Below, in pieces: positions 1 through 9,884 of a stretch of 64,000 nt of DNA. A program made the translations under genes and the position numbers. Below the pieces are notes generated by a model that saw only the letters and a list, made by a program, of their open reading frames with translations, ran no database searches and was not told the DNA's origin. Positions within the stretch are counted from its first letter, which is position 1. Every line of letters begins with the position of its first letter. The stretch is from an uncultured Chloroflexia bacterium (GTDB taxonomy: Bacteria; Chloroflexota; Limnocylindria; Limnocylindrales; CSP1-4): assembly GCA_963776385.1 (NCBI GenBank), contig CAVZME010000011.1, positions 351,806-415,805 of the forward strand, in the 5' to 3' direction.

Positions 1-7
1 AGCTTGA

Positions 8-733
8 TCAGGCGCTGCGCGAGGTGGCTTTCCGTTCGACGGGGACGTGCGCCCGGCGCATGACGCCGCGACGATCGAGGTCGCGCTGCACGACCCGCGC
101 GGCACTGACCAGATCGGGGTCGTGGTTCACCGTCCCGGCCACCCAGTCGATGTAGGACGGTTCGAACGCGGCGATCTGGCCGAGCGTGTGGTCGTGGAAC
201 TTCCCGAACGGCATGACGGTCGCCTCGGCCACCTCGAGCGAGGGGGCAGGCGGCCGGCGGAAGTTGCGGACACGGTCACGGACGAGGGGGCCCGTCGGCG
301 TCGAGGCACGCAGCGGCTCGCGTCCGACGACATCGGTCGCCTTCGGCGGCTGTCCGCGCAGGGGCGTCCGGCCCGTGCTGTTGCCGACGGCCTGGTTGCG
401 CGGCTGGTAGACGCCGCTCATGTCCACTCGTCCGGTGACGGGCCGGGTCGGTTTCGGTGGCGGCGGACCGCCGTGCTTGCGAGTGACGCCCGGCTCGAAC
501 GGCGTGTCGTCGCGAGAGCCTCGGCCGTCGCCGCGCCCTCCCTCGCGGGTGAGGGCGGCATACGCGTCATTGATCTCCGCCATCCGCCGGGTCGCCATGC
601 GTGACGCGGCGGGGTCGTCACCCGTCAGGTCCGGGTGGTTCGTCCGAGCGAGCCGGCGCCAGGCCGCCTTGATCTGGGTCGGCGTGGCGCGAGCGTCGAC
701 ACCGAGCACTTCATGCGGGTCGCGTCTGGCCAT
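8..733 (-). CDS. J-domain (DnaJ-type) protein with Pro/Arg-rich linker and small C-terminal ExoX-C/DUF3820-like domain
   Basis: N-terminal RDPHEVLGV...IKAAWRRLARTNHPDL (HPD motif). C-terminal MPFGKFHDHTLGQIAAFEPSYIDWV. ATG at 733 has TACACT 8 nt upstream. Confidence 0.8.
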   Translation of the reverse strand: MARRDPHEVLGVDARATPTQIKAAWRRLARTNHPDLTGDDPAASRMATRRMAEINDAYAALTREGGRGDGRGSRDDTPFEPGVTRKHGGPPPPKPTRPVTGRVDMSGVYQPRNQAVGNSTGRTPLRGQPPKATDVVGREPLRASTPTGPLVRDRVRNFRRPPAPSLEVAEATVMPFGKFHDHTLGQIAAFEPSYIDWVAGTVNHDPDLVSAARVVQRDLDRRGVMRRAHVPVERKATSRSA

Positions 734-827
734 ACCGTCCGAGTGTAGGGCACGGACCGGCGAACCGACCGGGACCGCGACAGGAGGCCGACTTGACAGC
801 CGCGCCATCCTGCCGTCCCCTACTCCT

Positions 828-1973
828 GTGGGAACCATCCGACGAGCAGGGATCGCCGCCGTCGCGGCCATGGCGCCGCTCGGGCTCGCGTATCGCTTCG
901 CGCTCGCCTATCGCGTTCGTGCCGGCTACCCGCGCCGGAATCCGCCACGCATGAGCCCGGCCGACGTCGGGCTGCCCTTCGAATCGATGCTCATCGAATC
1001 CGACGGACTGCCCTTACCCGCCTGGTTCATCCCCGCTCGGGGCGGCGCCCCGGGCCCGGGAGTCGTGCTCGTCCACGGCTGGGAGTCGGCGCGTGACCGG
1101 ACGTTGCCGATGGCCGTCTTCCTCCATGCCGCGGGCTTCCACTGCCTGACCTTCGATGTCCGCGGGAATGGTGCCAATCCCGCCGAGGCCTTGCCGCTCA
1201 GCGCAGGCGAATTCGGGGCAGACACGCTGGTCGCCTTCCGGGCATTGATCGAGCAGCCGGAGGTGACCGTCGGGGCGATCGCGGGACACTCGATGGGGGC
1301 GATCGGGGCGCTCCTGGCCGGCGCCGCGGATCCACGTGTCGCGGCGATCGTGGCGACCTCCGGCCCGGCCGACCCCTACCGGCTCACCCGCCAGACATTC
1401 CGGCTCGCCCGACTGCCGATCCCGGATCTGATCGCATATCCCCTCGCCTGGCTGACGACGCGGGTCTACGTCCGTCCGCGGGGCCATGCCGTCGATGACA
1501 TCAGCGCGGCCACGGCCATCGCCCGGTACGACGGCCCTGTCCTGCTCATCCACGGCAGCGAGGACGACGTCGTCCCGGTGGCCCATCTCGACCGACTGGC
1601 GGCCGCCGCACGGAACGCACGCGCCGGCGACCCGTTCGCGGCGGAGGTGGAGACACTCATCGTCGATGGCGGGGGGCATTCGTGGCTGTACGAGGATCAG
1701 GGCTATCGGCGGACGGTCGCCGCATTCCTGACCCGCTCGATGGGCGGCCCGCTCGACCCGCGGACCGCCGCCGATCTGGCCGGAGCCACGGATGCGTCGC
1801 GGATCCCCGATGGCGAAGCCCAGTTCGATGCGGTCACCTCGACGCCTGGCGGCCTGCGGACACTGGCCCAGGTCGCGCTGCCCGGTGCCACCCGGCCGCC
1901 GCGTCCCGATGCCATCGACGCATCCGTTTCCGTCACCCCCGGGTCGCCGGTCACCCGCACGACCGGATCGTGA
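828..1973 (+). CDS. Alpha/beta hydrolase (membrane-anchored, YqkD/aminopeptidase-like)
   Basis: VLVHGWES, DVRGNG, GHSMG nucleophile elbow, LLIHGSEDDVV, GGGHS. Start (GTG 828) uncertain. Confidence 0.85.
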   Translation: MGTIRRAGIAAVAAMAPLGLAYRFALAYRVRAGYPRRNPPRMSPADVGLPFESMLIESDGLPLPAWFIPARGGAPGPGVVLVHGWESARDRTLPMAVFLHAAGFHCLTFDVRGNGANPAEALPLSAGEFGADTLVAFRALIEQPEVTVGAIAGHSMGAIGALLAGAADPRVAAIVATSGPADPYRLTRQTFRLARLPIPDLIAYPLAWLTTRVYVRPRGHAVDDISAATAIARYDGPVLLIHGSEDDVVPVAHLDRLAAAARNARAGDPFAAEVETLIVDGGGHSWLYEDQGYRRTVAAFLTRSMGGPLDPRTAADLAGATDASRIPDGEAQFDAVTSTPGGLRTLAQVALPGATRPPRPDAIDASVSVTPGSPVTRTTGS

Positions 1974-2527
1974 GCGAGGCCATCGGCGATCCCGTCTGGG
2001 CCGCCATCCGGGCGAAACGGATGATCCGCCGGTTCGCCGACCGGCCGCTCGAGCCGGCGCACCTGGACCGGATCCTCAATGCCGGCCGTCGAGCGGGCAG
2101 CAGCAAGAACATGCAGCGCTGGACGTTCATCGTCTGCCGCGAGCGCGACCACCTCCGGCAGCTGGCCGAGGTCGGTCCGTGGGCCGATCACCTGGCGGGT
2201 GCGGCCGTCGGGATCGCCCTCGTGACACCGGACCCGCGTGGGGCTCTGGATCCGAGCGGAGACGGAGCGCCCTTGTCGATCATGTTCGACCTCGGCCAGG
2301 CGGCCGAGAACATGATGCTGGCCGCCTGGGAGCTCGGCGTCGGCAGCGTGCCGGCGACCGTCTACCAGCATGATCTCGCCCGCGAGCTGCTGGGCTACCC
2401 GACGGACCAGCACTGCGAGTACCTGCTGTCGTTCGGCTACCCCGCCGACCCGACCGACCTCAGCCGGCCGCCCAAGGCGGGCGGGCGGCGCGAACTCGAC
2501 GAGATGGTCCGCGAGGAACGCTGGTAG
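1970..2527 (+). CDS. Nitroreductase family protein
   Basis: AIRAKRMIRRF, AGSSKNMQRWTFIV, DLGQAAENMMLAAWELGVGS. GTGA overlap with the upstream stop. Confidence 0.9.
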   Translation: MSEAIGDPVWAAIRAKRMIRRFADRPLEPAHLDRILNAGRRAGSSKNMQRWTFIVCRERDHLRQLAEVGPWADHLAGAAVGIALVTPDPRGALDPSGDGAPLSIMFDLGQAAENMMLAAWELGVGSVPATVYQHDLARELLGYPTDQHCEYLLSFGYPADPTDLSRPPKAGGRRELDEMVREERW

Positions 2528-2539
2528 AGGTCCCGGGGA

Positions 2540-3634
2540 TCACTGCCACTGGAACTTGCGCGCCGCGATGCCGAAGCAGACGACCAGCCAGCCGAGGAGC
2601 ACCGCCGCGCACACCCACAGCGGCGCGAACGCGGCGCCACCGACCATCACCTGGCGCAACGCGTCGGCGAGATAGGTCAGCGGGATGATCCGGGCGACGA
2701 CCTGCAGGAACTGCGGCATCTGGTCGATCTGGAAGAACGCCCCGGACAGGAACATCATCGGGAACTGGATCATCGAGGTCATCCCGTTGGCCGCATCCTC
2801 GGTCTTGGCGAACGAGGCGATGACGTAGCCGAGGGCCAGGAACGCCATCGCGCCGAGGGTCACGAACCCAGCCACGATCAACAGACTGCCGGTCACCTCC
2901 ACGCCGAACGCCAGGGAGCCGACGGCCACGATGATGACCGCCTGGGTGAACGCGATCAGGACGCGCATCAGGACGTTGGAGCCGACCAGCTGCCAGCGCC
3001 GCAGCGGTGTCGCAGCGAGCCGCTTGAGGATCAGCTTCTCGCGGTCGGCCACGAGCGGGATCGCCGCGAAGATGCCGACCTGCATGATCGACAGCCCGAG
3101 CATGCTCGGCACGAAGTAGCTGATCGCGTTCAGGTTCTCGGTCTGGACCGTCTGCGGGCTCGGCACGACGAGCGGCGGCCGGCCACCGAGGTTGACGATC
3201 CCGAGCACGGTCCCGACGGCCTGGTAGATCGAGCCCTGGAGGGATGGCCGGGACGGGTCGGTGAAGACCTTGAGCTCGGCCGGCGCACCGCCACCGCTCG
3301 ACTCCGCGGCCGTGATCGATGCCCCGTAGCCGACGGGCACCACGATCGTGCCATCGACCTTGCCGGTCTGCATCTGGCTCTGGGCATCCGCCAGGTCGGC
3401 ATCGACGAGAGTGATGCCCTGGAGCGCCGAGAACCCTGCCTTGAGCTTGACGGCCGCTTCGGATCGGTCGTCGTCGACCCAGCCGAGCGTCAGCCGCGAA
3501 CTGCCACTGCCCTGGAAGATCAGCCCGAACAGGACGATGAAGACCAGCGGGAAGGCGAGGGTCCAGAAGACGGCGGCACGGTCGCGCGTGTAGCTCCGGA
3601 TGTTCGCGAGAGTCAGCATCAGGAGGGCGTTCAT
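2540..3634 (-). CDS. ABC-2 type transporter permease
   Basis: RDRAAVFWTLAFP, hydrophobic helices, PLTYLADALR motif; follows the ABC ATPase. Confidence 0.9.
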   Translation of the reverse strand: MNALLMLTLANIRSYTRDRAAVFWTLAFPLVFIVLFGLIFQGSGSSRLTLGWVDDDRSEAAVKLKAGFSALQGITLVDADLADAQSQMQTGKVDGTIVVPVGYGASITAAESSGGGAPAELKVFTDPSRPSLQGSIYQAVGTVLGIVNLGGRPPLVVPSPQTVQTENLNAISYFVPSMLGLSIMQVGIFAAIPLVADREKLILKRLAATPLRRWQLVGSNVLMRVLIAFTQAVIIVAVGSLAFGVEVTGSLLIVAGFVTLGAMAFLALGYVIASFAKTEDAANGMTSMIQFPMMFLSGAFFQIDQMPQFLQVVARIIPLTYLADALRQVMVGGAAFAPLWVCAAVLLGWLVVCFGIAARKFQWQ

Positions 3635-3641
3635 CGTCCGC

Positions 3642-4583
3642 TCAGTCGCGCAGCGCCCGACCGGTCAGGTCGAGGAAGACGTCTTCGAGGGTAGCCCGCC
3701 GGATACCGAGGTTCTGGGGCTCGACGCCACGCGATTCGGTCAGCGCGAGCACGGCCCCGACCGTCGCCGCGACATCCGTCGTGTAGAGCAGGATCGCGTC
3801 ACCGTCGCGCTTGACCGACGACACCGCAGGCAACGCCGCGAACGACTCGTCATCGATGCCATCGATGAGGTCGAAACGGACAGCCCGTTCCTTGAAGCGC
3901 TTGGAGATGAGCGCATCGACCGTTCCATGTTCGAGGATGCGGCCATGGTCCATGATCGCGAGGCGATCGCACAGGACCTCGGCCTCTTCCATGTAGTGCG
4001 TCGTCAGGAGGACCGACCGACCGCGGGCCTTGAGCCCCTTGATCAGGTCCCAGAGCGCGCGGCGGGCGGCGGGATCGAGGCCCGTCGTCGGTTCGTCGAG
4101 GAAGATCAACTCCGGGTCGTTGACCAGCGCGAGCGCGACCGCGAGACGCTGTCGCTGCCCGCCCGACAGGTCCTTGGTCCGCGCATTCCGGCGCTCGCCG
4201 AGCTCCAGCATGTCGACCAGCCGATCGGTCGGCAGCGACGTCGCGTAGAAGCTCCGGAACAGGTCGATGACCTCGACGACCGTCAGCTTCGGGTAGAGCG
4301 CCGCGGTCTGGAGGCTGATCCCGATCCGTGGCTTGAGCGAGTCGGCGCCGGTCGCGACATCGACTCCGAGGACCAGCGCCTGGCCGCCATCGGGCGGTCG
4401 AAGGCCTTCGAGGATCTCGACCGTCGTGGTCTTGCCGGCGCCGTTCGGCCCAAGGAGCCCGAAGACCTCGCCCGGGGAGACGGCGAAGTCGATGCCGTCA
4501 ACGGCAGTGATGTCGCCGTAGCGCTTGATCAGGCCGCGCACCTCGATGACCGCGTCGGTCGCGACCGTCCCCCGTGTCTGCAT
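3642..4583 (-). CDS. ABC transporter ATP-binding protein (export type)
   Basis: Walker [10 protein letters not shown], signature LSGGQ, Walker B IFLDEPTTGLD. Confidence 0.95.
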   Translation of the reverse strand: MQTRGTVATDAVIEVRGLIKRYGDITAVDGIDFAVSPGEVFGLLGPNGAGKTTTVEILEGLRPPDGGQALVLGVDVATGADSLKPRIGISLQTAALYPKLTVVEVIDLFRSFYATSLPTDRLVDMLELGERRNARTKDLSGGQRQRLAVALALVNDPELIFLDEPTTGLDPAARRALWDLIKGLKARGRSVLLTTHYMEEAEVLCDRLAIMDHGRILEHGTVDALISKRFKERAVRFDLIDGIDDESFAALPAVSSVKRDGDAILLYTTDVAATVGAVLALTESRGVEPQNLGIRRATLEDVFLDLTGRALRD

Positions 4584-4628
4584 CGGGCGATGGTGCCACG
4601 CCCGCCGAGGTGGTGTCGCGACGCGGCG

Positions 4629-5909
4629 TCACGTGCTCGGCAGATCGAAGCCCCCACTCCAGTCGATGTCGAGCGCGATCCCCACCTCCGCGGTCGCGTC
4701 CTCCGGTGCCGGGGCGCCGAGCGACAGGTACGCCTCGAGCGCGGTCTCGAGCCCGACATCCTTGCCGACCTCCTCGGACAGCAGCCATTTCTGCTCGAGG
4801 ACGTCGCAATAGGCCTGGACGGGGTCGCGACCCGCCCCGATGATCGGCCCCAGCACGGCCTCGATCGGCTCGAAGACGTCGCTCAGCCAGCGCTCCGCGG
4901 CGACCTCGGCCGCGATCGGGTCGCCCTCCTGGAGTTCGAGCCACGCCTGGTATTCGCGCAGGTCGTTGAGCAGCAGGCGAGCCTGGCCCTCGAGCGCGAC
5001 CAAACCGGTCAGCCGCTCAAGTTCGCGCGCATGGAATCGGCGGTTGGCGACAGCGACGCGAAGCCGCACCGTCTCGCCCGATGCGGTCGGCTCGAGGCTG
5101 ATCTCGTCGACCGCGAAGCCGAGGTCGTTGAGACGCCGGATCCGGGCTCGCACGGCCTGCCGATCGTCGGGTGACAGCTCACGGACGTCGTGGAGCTCTG
5201 CCCACAGCGCGAGGTAGCGCTGGCGGACGCTCTCGGCGGCCTCGACGGCGTCCTCGAACGCGTCCTCCCGACCCTGCATCGCACCAAGATCGGCCAGGCC
5301 GAAGCCGACGTTCTCGACAAGGATGTCGAGGTCGAAGCCGCGCTGGCCGTCCGACAGGCCCGGATGGATCTCGCTCGTCTCGGCATCGACCAGGTACGCC
5401 TGGATCTTGTCCCCGTCACGCCGGAACAGGGTGTTCGCGAGCGAACAGTCGCCCCAGTAGACCCCGGCCCGATGGAGGTCGACGAGCAGGGACGCCATCG
5501 CGTCGAGCAATCGCTCGCGGTACGGTCCGGGTCCGAGCGGGAAGCGCATGAGCAGGCGCCGATACTGGATCGAAAAGGCGAGGTACTCGGTGGCGAGGAT
5601 CGCCTCGTCCCGATCGGGCCACGTCGACAGCCCGATGGCCGAGACCGCCGGCAGACCGCCCGCCTCCAGCCGGCGCAGGACGTCGAACTCGGACGTCGCG
5701 ACAGGAGCGGGTTCCTCCTTGAGTGCGATGATCCGGCCGTCGTCCACGAGGAAACGCACGAGGTGGCGCGACGGCCCGACGGGCAGCTTCCTGAACGTCA
5801 GCGTCTCCGGCCAGTCCGCCAGTGGGAGGTCCCACGGAAGGTCGAGCAGCCTCGCGCTGCTACCCCGCAGTCGGAGGCTCGGAAAGCCCGAGCTTGGGTC
5901 GCTCGTCAG
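4629..5909 (-). CDS. DUF4032-family protein with kinase-like (Kdo/WaaP-type) N-terminal region
   Basis: LLDLPWDLPLADW, VYWGDCSLANTLF, YLVDAET and C-terminal YCDVLEQKWLLSE. The frame stays open upstream of 5759 to a CTG at 5909 that overlaps the previous stop. Confidence 0.7.
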   Translation of the reverse strand: MTSDPSSGFPSLRLRGSSARLLDLPWDLPLADWPETLTFRKLPVGPSRHLVRFLVDDGRIIALKEEPAPVATSEFDVLRRLEAGGLPAVSAIGLSTWPDRDEAILATEYLAFSIQYRRLLMRFPLGPGPYRERLLDAMASLLVDLHRAGVYWGDCSLANTLFRRDGDKIQAYLVDAETSEIHPGLSDGQRGFDLDILVENVGFGLADLGAMQGREDAFEDAVEAAESVRQRYLALWAELHDVRELSPDDRQAVRARIRRLNDLGFAVDEISLEPTASGETVRLRVAVANRRFHARELERLTGLVALEGQARLLLNDLREYQAWLELQEGDPIAAEVAAERWLSDVFEPIEAVLGPIIGAGRDPVQAYCDVLEQKWLLSEEVGKDVGLETALEAYLSLGAPAPEDATAEVGIALDIDWSGGFDLPST

Positions 5910-6346
5910 AGCTTCTTCCGGAGGTAGGCGGTCACGGTCGAGTCGTAGCCGAGTGACTCGTAGAGGTGGCGCGCCTCAGGTCGGTGATGGCCCGCCGTCA
6001 ACTCGATGAAGGCGGCATCCCGCTCGCGCGCGACGCGCTCGGCCTCGCCCATGAGGGTCCGGCCGACACCACGTTCACGAGCGCCCGCGTCCACGACGAG
6101 AGCGACGATCCGGACGATCCAGTCGCCGTGCTCGAAGCGCGGGAACGCGACGAGGGCGATGAACCCGAGCAGGGCACCGTCGTGCTCGGCCACGATGACC
6201 TGGGCGTCATCGGTCGCGAATCGTTCGAGGCGGCTGACGATGTCGGTCGGGCCCGCCGGATAGCCTTCGTCGGTGAAGAGCGCCGCGATCGATTCCGCAT
6301 CCTCGGGCTGGGCGAGGCGGAGCTGGATGGTCGCCTGGTCGGTCAT
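5906..6346 (-). CDS. GNAT family N-acetyltransferase
   Basis: LVVDAGARERGVGRTLM acetyl-CoA motif A, ARHLYESLGY. TACCAT 6 nt upstream of the ATG. Confidence 0.9.
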   Translation of the reverse strand: MTDQATIQLRLAQPEDAESIAALFTDEGYPAGPTDIVSRLERFATDDAQVIVAEHDGALLGFIALVAFPRFEHGDWIVRIVALVVDAGARERGVGRTLMGEAERVARERDAAFIELTAGHHRPEARHLYESLGYDSTVTAYLRKKL

Positions 6347-6816
6347 GCCGGGATGGTACCTGTCCCGACCGCGACGAGGAGCCGGTGCGGGCCCGTGAAG
6401 GGGTCGCCGCCGACGATCCGCTCCGGCCCGAATGGTCCGTCCCGCCACGGTCGGGCCGGTTCCTGGCCGACCACCGCGGTCGTGGCGTACCAGGCGGCGA
6501 TCGGCCCCTCGTCCCATCGCGCCAGGGCGGCCGCCGTCCGCCCTTCGGTCGACGGTTCGATGGCGATCAGCGACAGGCCGTCTCCCAGGATCCCGGTCGC
6601 GACCAGGCCGCGTGCGCCGAGAGCCGTAGAACCTGCCACCGCGACGAATGTCATCGTGTCCACGCCGAGCGCGGCGGCAAGCTGCGGTACGGCCCGCTCG
6701 AGCTCGACGGTCGCCCATCCGACGGCGACCAGGCCGGTCGCCTCGCTGGGCAGGCGCCCCGGCGCCACAGCGTCGACCGCGAAGGCCCTGACCCGGTCCG
6801 CGATCCCGACCTTCAT
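6343..6816 (-). CDS. Hypothetical protein (weak VOC-like strands)
   Basis: MKVGIADRV...VAVGWATVELERA...LIAIEPSTEGR; ATGA-coupled within the operon. Confidence 0.55.
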   Translation of the reverse strand: MKVGIADRVRAFAVDAVAPGRLPSEATGLVAVGWATVELERAVPQLAAALGVDTMTFVAVAGSTALGARGLVATGILGDGLSLIAIEPSTEGRTAAALARWDEGPIAAWYATTAVVGQEPARPWRDGPFGPERIVGGDPFTGPHRLLVAVGTGTIPA

Positions 6817-7712
6817 CAGACCAACAGGAGATCCGGCGCGGCGCCCCCGATCTGGCTGAACCCGGCGCGCTGGTAGATCCCGATCGCGGCTGGGTTGTCG
6901 GCAAACACGCCGAGATAGGTCCAGCGGCTGCCGGCAGCGACCGCATCGACGACGGCCGTCCTGGTCACGATGCTGCCGAAGCCCCGGCCCCGTGCCCAGC
7001 CGGCGGTTCCGATGGACGACAGGTAGGTCGCGCCCTCGAAGGTGGCGCGGCGCGCGACGCTCGCCGGCCGGCCCTCGACCCGGACGAGGTAGTGGGTGAA
7101 CCACGGGTGGCGCAGCGATGCGGCGGTCTCTCCCTCGATCCCGGTCGTGCGCTCGGGGTCGACGTCGAACGCGTCGACGAGGACGCTCACGATGGCCGTC
7201 GCAGCGGCGGCGACAGAACCCGGCTCGACCGTGCTGAACCGCTCGATCGTGACGCCCGAGGCAAGGTCGCGGGCGACGGCATCGGCCGACGCCGACGGAT
7301 CGGTCAGGAGCATCACGTGGCTCGATCCCAGGTCGCGGAAACCATTCGCCTTGAGCCGGGCGACGAGATCGGTCGGAGCATCGTGGAGCGGTGACGCCCA
7401 GATGTGCGGACGGCGCCCGAGCGACGCGAACAGCACCAGCATCTCGGTCAGCCGCCGGTCGAATGCAGCAGGGTCGGCCGGCCAGGCGAGGCCCTCGAGT
7501 CGGTTCCAGAATGGCTCCGATTCGGCGGCATCATGGAGGAGGATCGCATCGCCCAGGTCGCGCAGGTCGCGACCCGGGATCGCATGGATGCGTGCCTCGT
7601 GGAGGAGGAGCCAGCGCATGGTGGCGGCGTCGATCATCGGGTCGGCCTCGCCGCGACCGAAGGCCGGGTCATCATCGGGCACACGATAGCCGCGTGGAAA
7701 CCGAACCGCCAC
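6816..7712 (-). CDS. GNAT family acetyltransferase (two-lobed)
   Basis: C-terminal YLSSIGTAGWARGRGFG and NPAAIGIYQRAGF. Start uncertain (7712 GTG or downstream MIDAA). Confidence 0.8.
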   Translation of the reverse strand: MAVRFPRGYRVPDDDPAFGRGEADPMIDAATMRWLLLHEARIHAIPGRDLRDLGDAILLHDAAESEPFWNRLEGLAWPADPAAFDRRLTEMLVLFASLGRRPHIWASPLHDAPTDLVARLKANGFRDLGSSHVMLLTDPSASADAVARDLASGVTIERFSTVEPGSVAAAATAIVSVLVDAFDVDPERTTGIEGETAASLRHPWFTHYLVRVEGRPASVARRATFEGATYLSSIGTAGWARGRGFGSIVTRTAVVDAVAAGSRWTYLGVFADNPAAIGIYQRAGFSQIGGAAPDLLLV

Positions 7713-7759
7713 GTGTGCCGTAGGTTCTTGGGTACAACGCCCAGACCAAGGAGGGTCGG

Positions 7760-8158
7760 ATGAGCCACCGCATGCTCGCCTGTCTCGGGGGGATCGCCCT
7801 CGTTCTAGCAGCCTGTTCGTCGAGCGGTTCGGGGTCGTCGGCCGCGGCCCCGTCGGCCGCGGCTCCGTCGGCCGCCGCAGCCGCCTGCGCCGAAGCCACC
7901 GGGACCGGCGGCGTGGCCGCCTCGATCAAGGACTTCCAGTTCGAGCCCAACGCCATCAGCGCCAAGGCCGGCGACCTCATCACGTTCACGAACGCGGGTG
8001 CCGTGGCCCACAACGTGACGCTCGATTCGGGCGGCTGCGCGACGCCGAACGTGCAGCCGGGCAGCAGCGATGGGCTGCGCATCACGGTCGCCGGCACGTA
8101 CCCGTTCCACTGCACGATCCACCCCGACATGAAGGGCACGATCACCGTCGGAGCGTGA
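7760..8158 (+). CDS. Cupredoxin/plastocyanin-like lipoprotein
   Basis: Lipobox LAAC, FEPNAISAKAGD, His ligand AHNV, type-1 Cu motif FHCTIHPDM. SD AAGGAGG upstream. Confidence 0.9.
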   Translation: MSHRMLACLGGIALVLAACSSSGSGSSAAAPSAAAPSAAAAACAEATGTGGVAASIKDFQFEPNAISAKAGDLITFTNAGAVAHNVTLDSGGCATPNVQPGSSDGLRITVAGTYPFHCTIHPDMKGTITVGA

Positions 8159-8161
8159 GCC

Positions 8162-9173
8162 TCAGGGGCGTTCCACCAGGAACAGCGAGGCGCCCGACGG
8201 CAGGTCGATGACGACCGGAGCAGGCAACTCGGCGGCCTCGAACCAGGCCAGGAACTGCTCGCGCGTCGCAAGGGCGGTGCCCTGGTACAGCTCATCGAGC
8301 TGGACGCCCGCGATCAGCTCGCCGTGCCTCGTCCGGAACTCGTCGCGCTCGCTCGGGAGCGGCCAGTCGAGGACGAGGAGATGCCCACCCGGTGCTGAGC
8401 GCCGCCCAGGCGGCCTTCAGCACGGCCGGGGCATCGGGCAACTGGTGGAGTGCGTACTGGAAGTAGGCGAGAGCGTATTCGCCGACCTTGCCTGGGTCGG
8501 TGACACCCGCCTGGCGGATGGTGATCCGGTCCGTCAGCCCGGCCGCCTCGACGTTCGCTCGGGCGCGCGCGACCGAGTCGGCCTCGAATTCGACGCCGAC
8601 CAGCTCGAGCGCGCCGAACCGGCGGGCCATCGCGATCAGCCAGCGCCCGCCACCGCAGTGGACATCGACGACCCGTCCGCCGCGTGACAGATCAGCGACG
8701 AGTTGCGGGAGCTCCGCCAGCGCCTCCTGGAAGAAGACCGCGATGTCCTGGGCCGTCAGGCGCTCGATGGCGGCACGGTAGCGGTCGGGGCGCTCGCCGA
8801 TCGGTTCCCCGGTCCGGAAGAAGTCGAGCATCCCTCCCCAATCGAGCGAGGCGACCGTCGCATGGACGAACTGGCCGCCCAGGAATTCCGATCGGTTCGT
8901 GTCGAGCAGGACCACGGCGAGGTCGTCATCGATGGTCAGGCGTCCGTCCTCGAGCGTCGCCAGATCGTGGGCGTCAGCCGCCCAGGCCCAGGCCTCGATC
9001 GCACGCTCGTGGCAGCCCGCCTGGGTCGCCAGATCCGCGGGAGCGAGGCCATCCGGACCGGCCGCCCGGAGGTGCTCGAACAGGCCGAGTTCGATGCCGA
9101 TGTACACCAACCAGGAGCGGTGGAACCCACCGAGGCTGGCGATCAGGTCGTCGAATCGGTCGTCGAGCGGCAT
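8162..9173 (-). CDS. SAM-dependent methyltransferase with N-terminal wHTH/dimerisation domain (1 frameshift near 8395)
   Basis: VVDVHCGGG, VGVEFE, YFQYALHQ; continues in another frame as PGGHLLVLDW...LFLVERP*. Confidence 0.8.
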
Positions 9174-9287
9174 CGTGGGCGGATTGTCGCATGGCGGAGT
9201 GCGTCCACAGGTGCCCGCCGGGTACCGTTGACGGCACGGGACGGCGACGGTGCAACGGTCCGCTCGCCGACGTGGTTCTGGGGAACG

Positions 9288-9884
9288 ATGGACACCGACA
9301 GCCCGCTCCTCGCGGCCTTGGCGCATGACCTCGACGGTTCATTCGAGACCCTCGTCCTCGAGCACCAGGATCGCCTGTACTCGATCGCGCTGCGCCTGCT
9401 GGGCGACCCGCGCGACGCGGAGGAGGCGGCCCAGGACGCCCTCGTGCGCGCCTATCGCGCCCTGGCCCGGTACGACGCGGCACGGATCAGCGAGCTGCGA
9501 CTCCGTCCATGGCTCGCGACGATCGTGCTCAATCTGTGTCGCTCGCGACTGGGTCGTCGCACGCCGGCGCGGGCGGCATTGTCGCTCGACGCAGCGCTGC
9601 CCGGCGGCCTCGAACCGCGGACCGATGCGCGGCGCGGCCCGGCCGAGACGGCCGCCGCGCGAGACGCCGCCGGCGATTGGGCCGGACTGCTGCTGACCCT
9701 GCCGCCCGCCTACCGCAGCGCTGTCGTGCTGCGCCACGTCGACGGCCTGACCTATCCCGAAGTCGCGGCCGCCCTCGAACGACCAGAGGGCACCGTGAAA
9801 GCCCAGGTCCATCGTGGGGTGGCCCTGCTGCGAACCGCATTCGAAGCCGCCGAGCGGCGCGACCGCGAGGAGATGACCGCATGA
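9288..9884 (+). CDS. ECF RNA polymerase sigma factor
   Basis: DAEEAAQDALVRAY, WLATIVLNLCRSR, region 4 LTYPEVAAALERPEGTVKAQVHRG. Confidence 0.92.
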   Translation: MDTDSPLLAALAHDLDGSFETLVLEHQDRLYSIALRLLGDPRDAEEAAQDALVRAYRALARYDAARISELRLRPWLATIVLNLCRSRLGRRTPARAALSLDAALPGGLEPRTDARRGPAETAAARDAAGDWAGLLLTLPPAYRSAVVLRHVDGLTYPEVAAALERPEGTVKAQVHRGVALLRTAFEAAERRDREEMTA

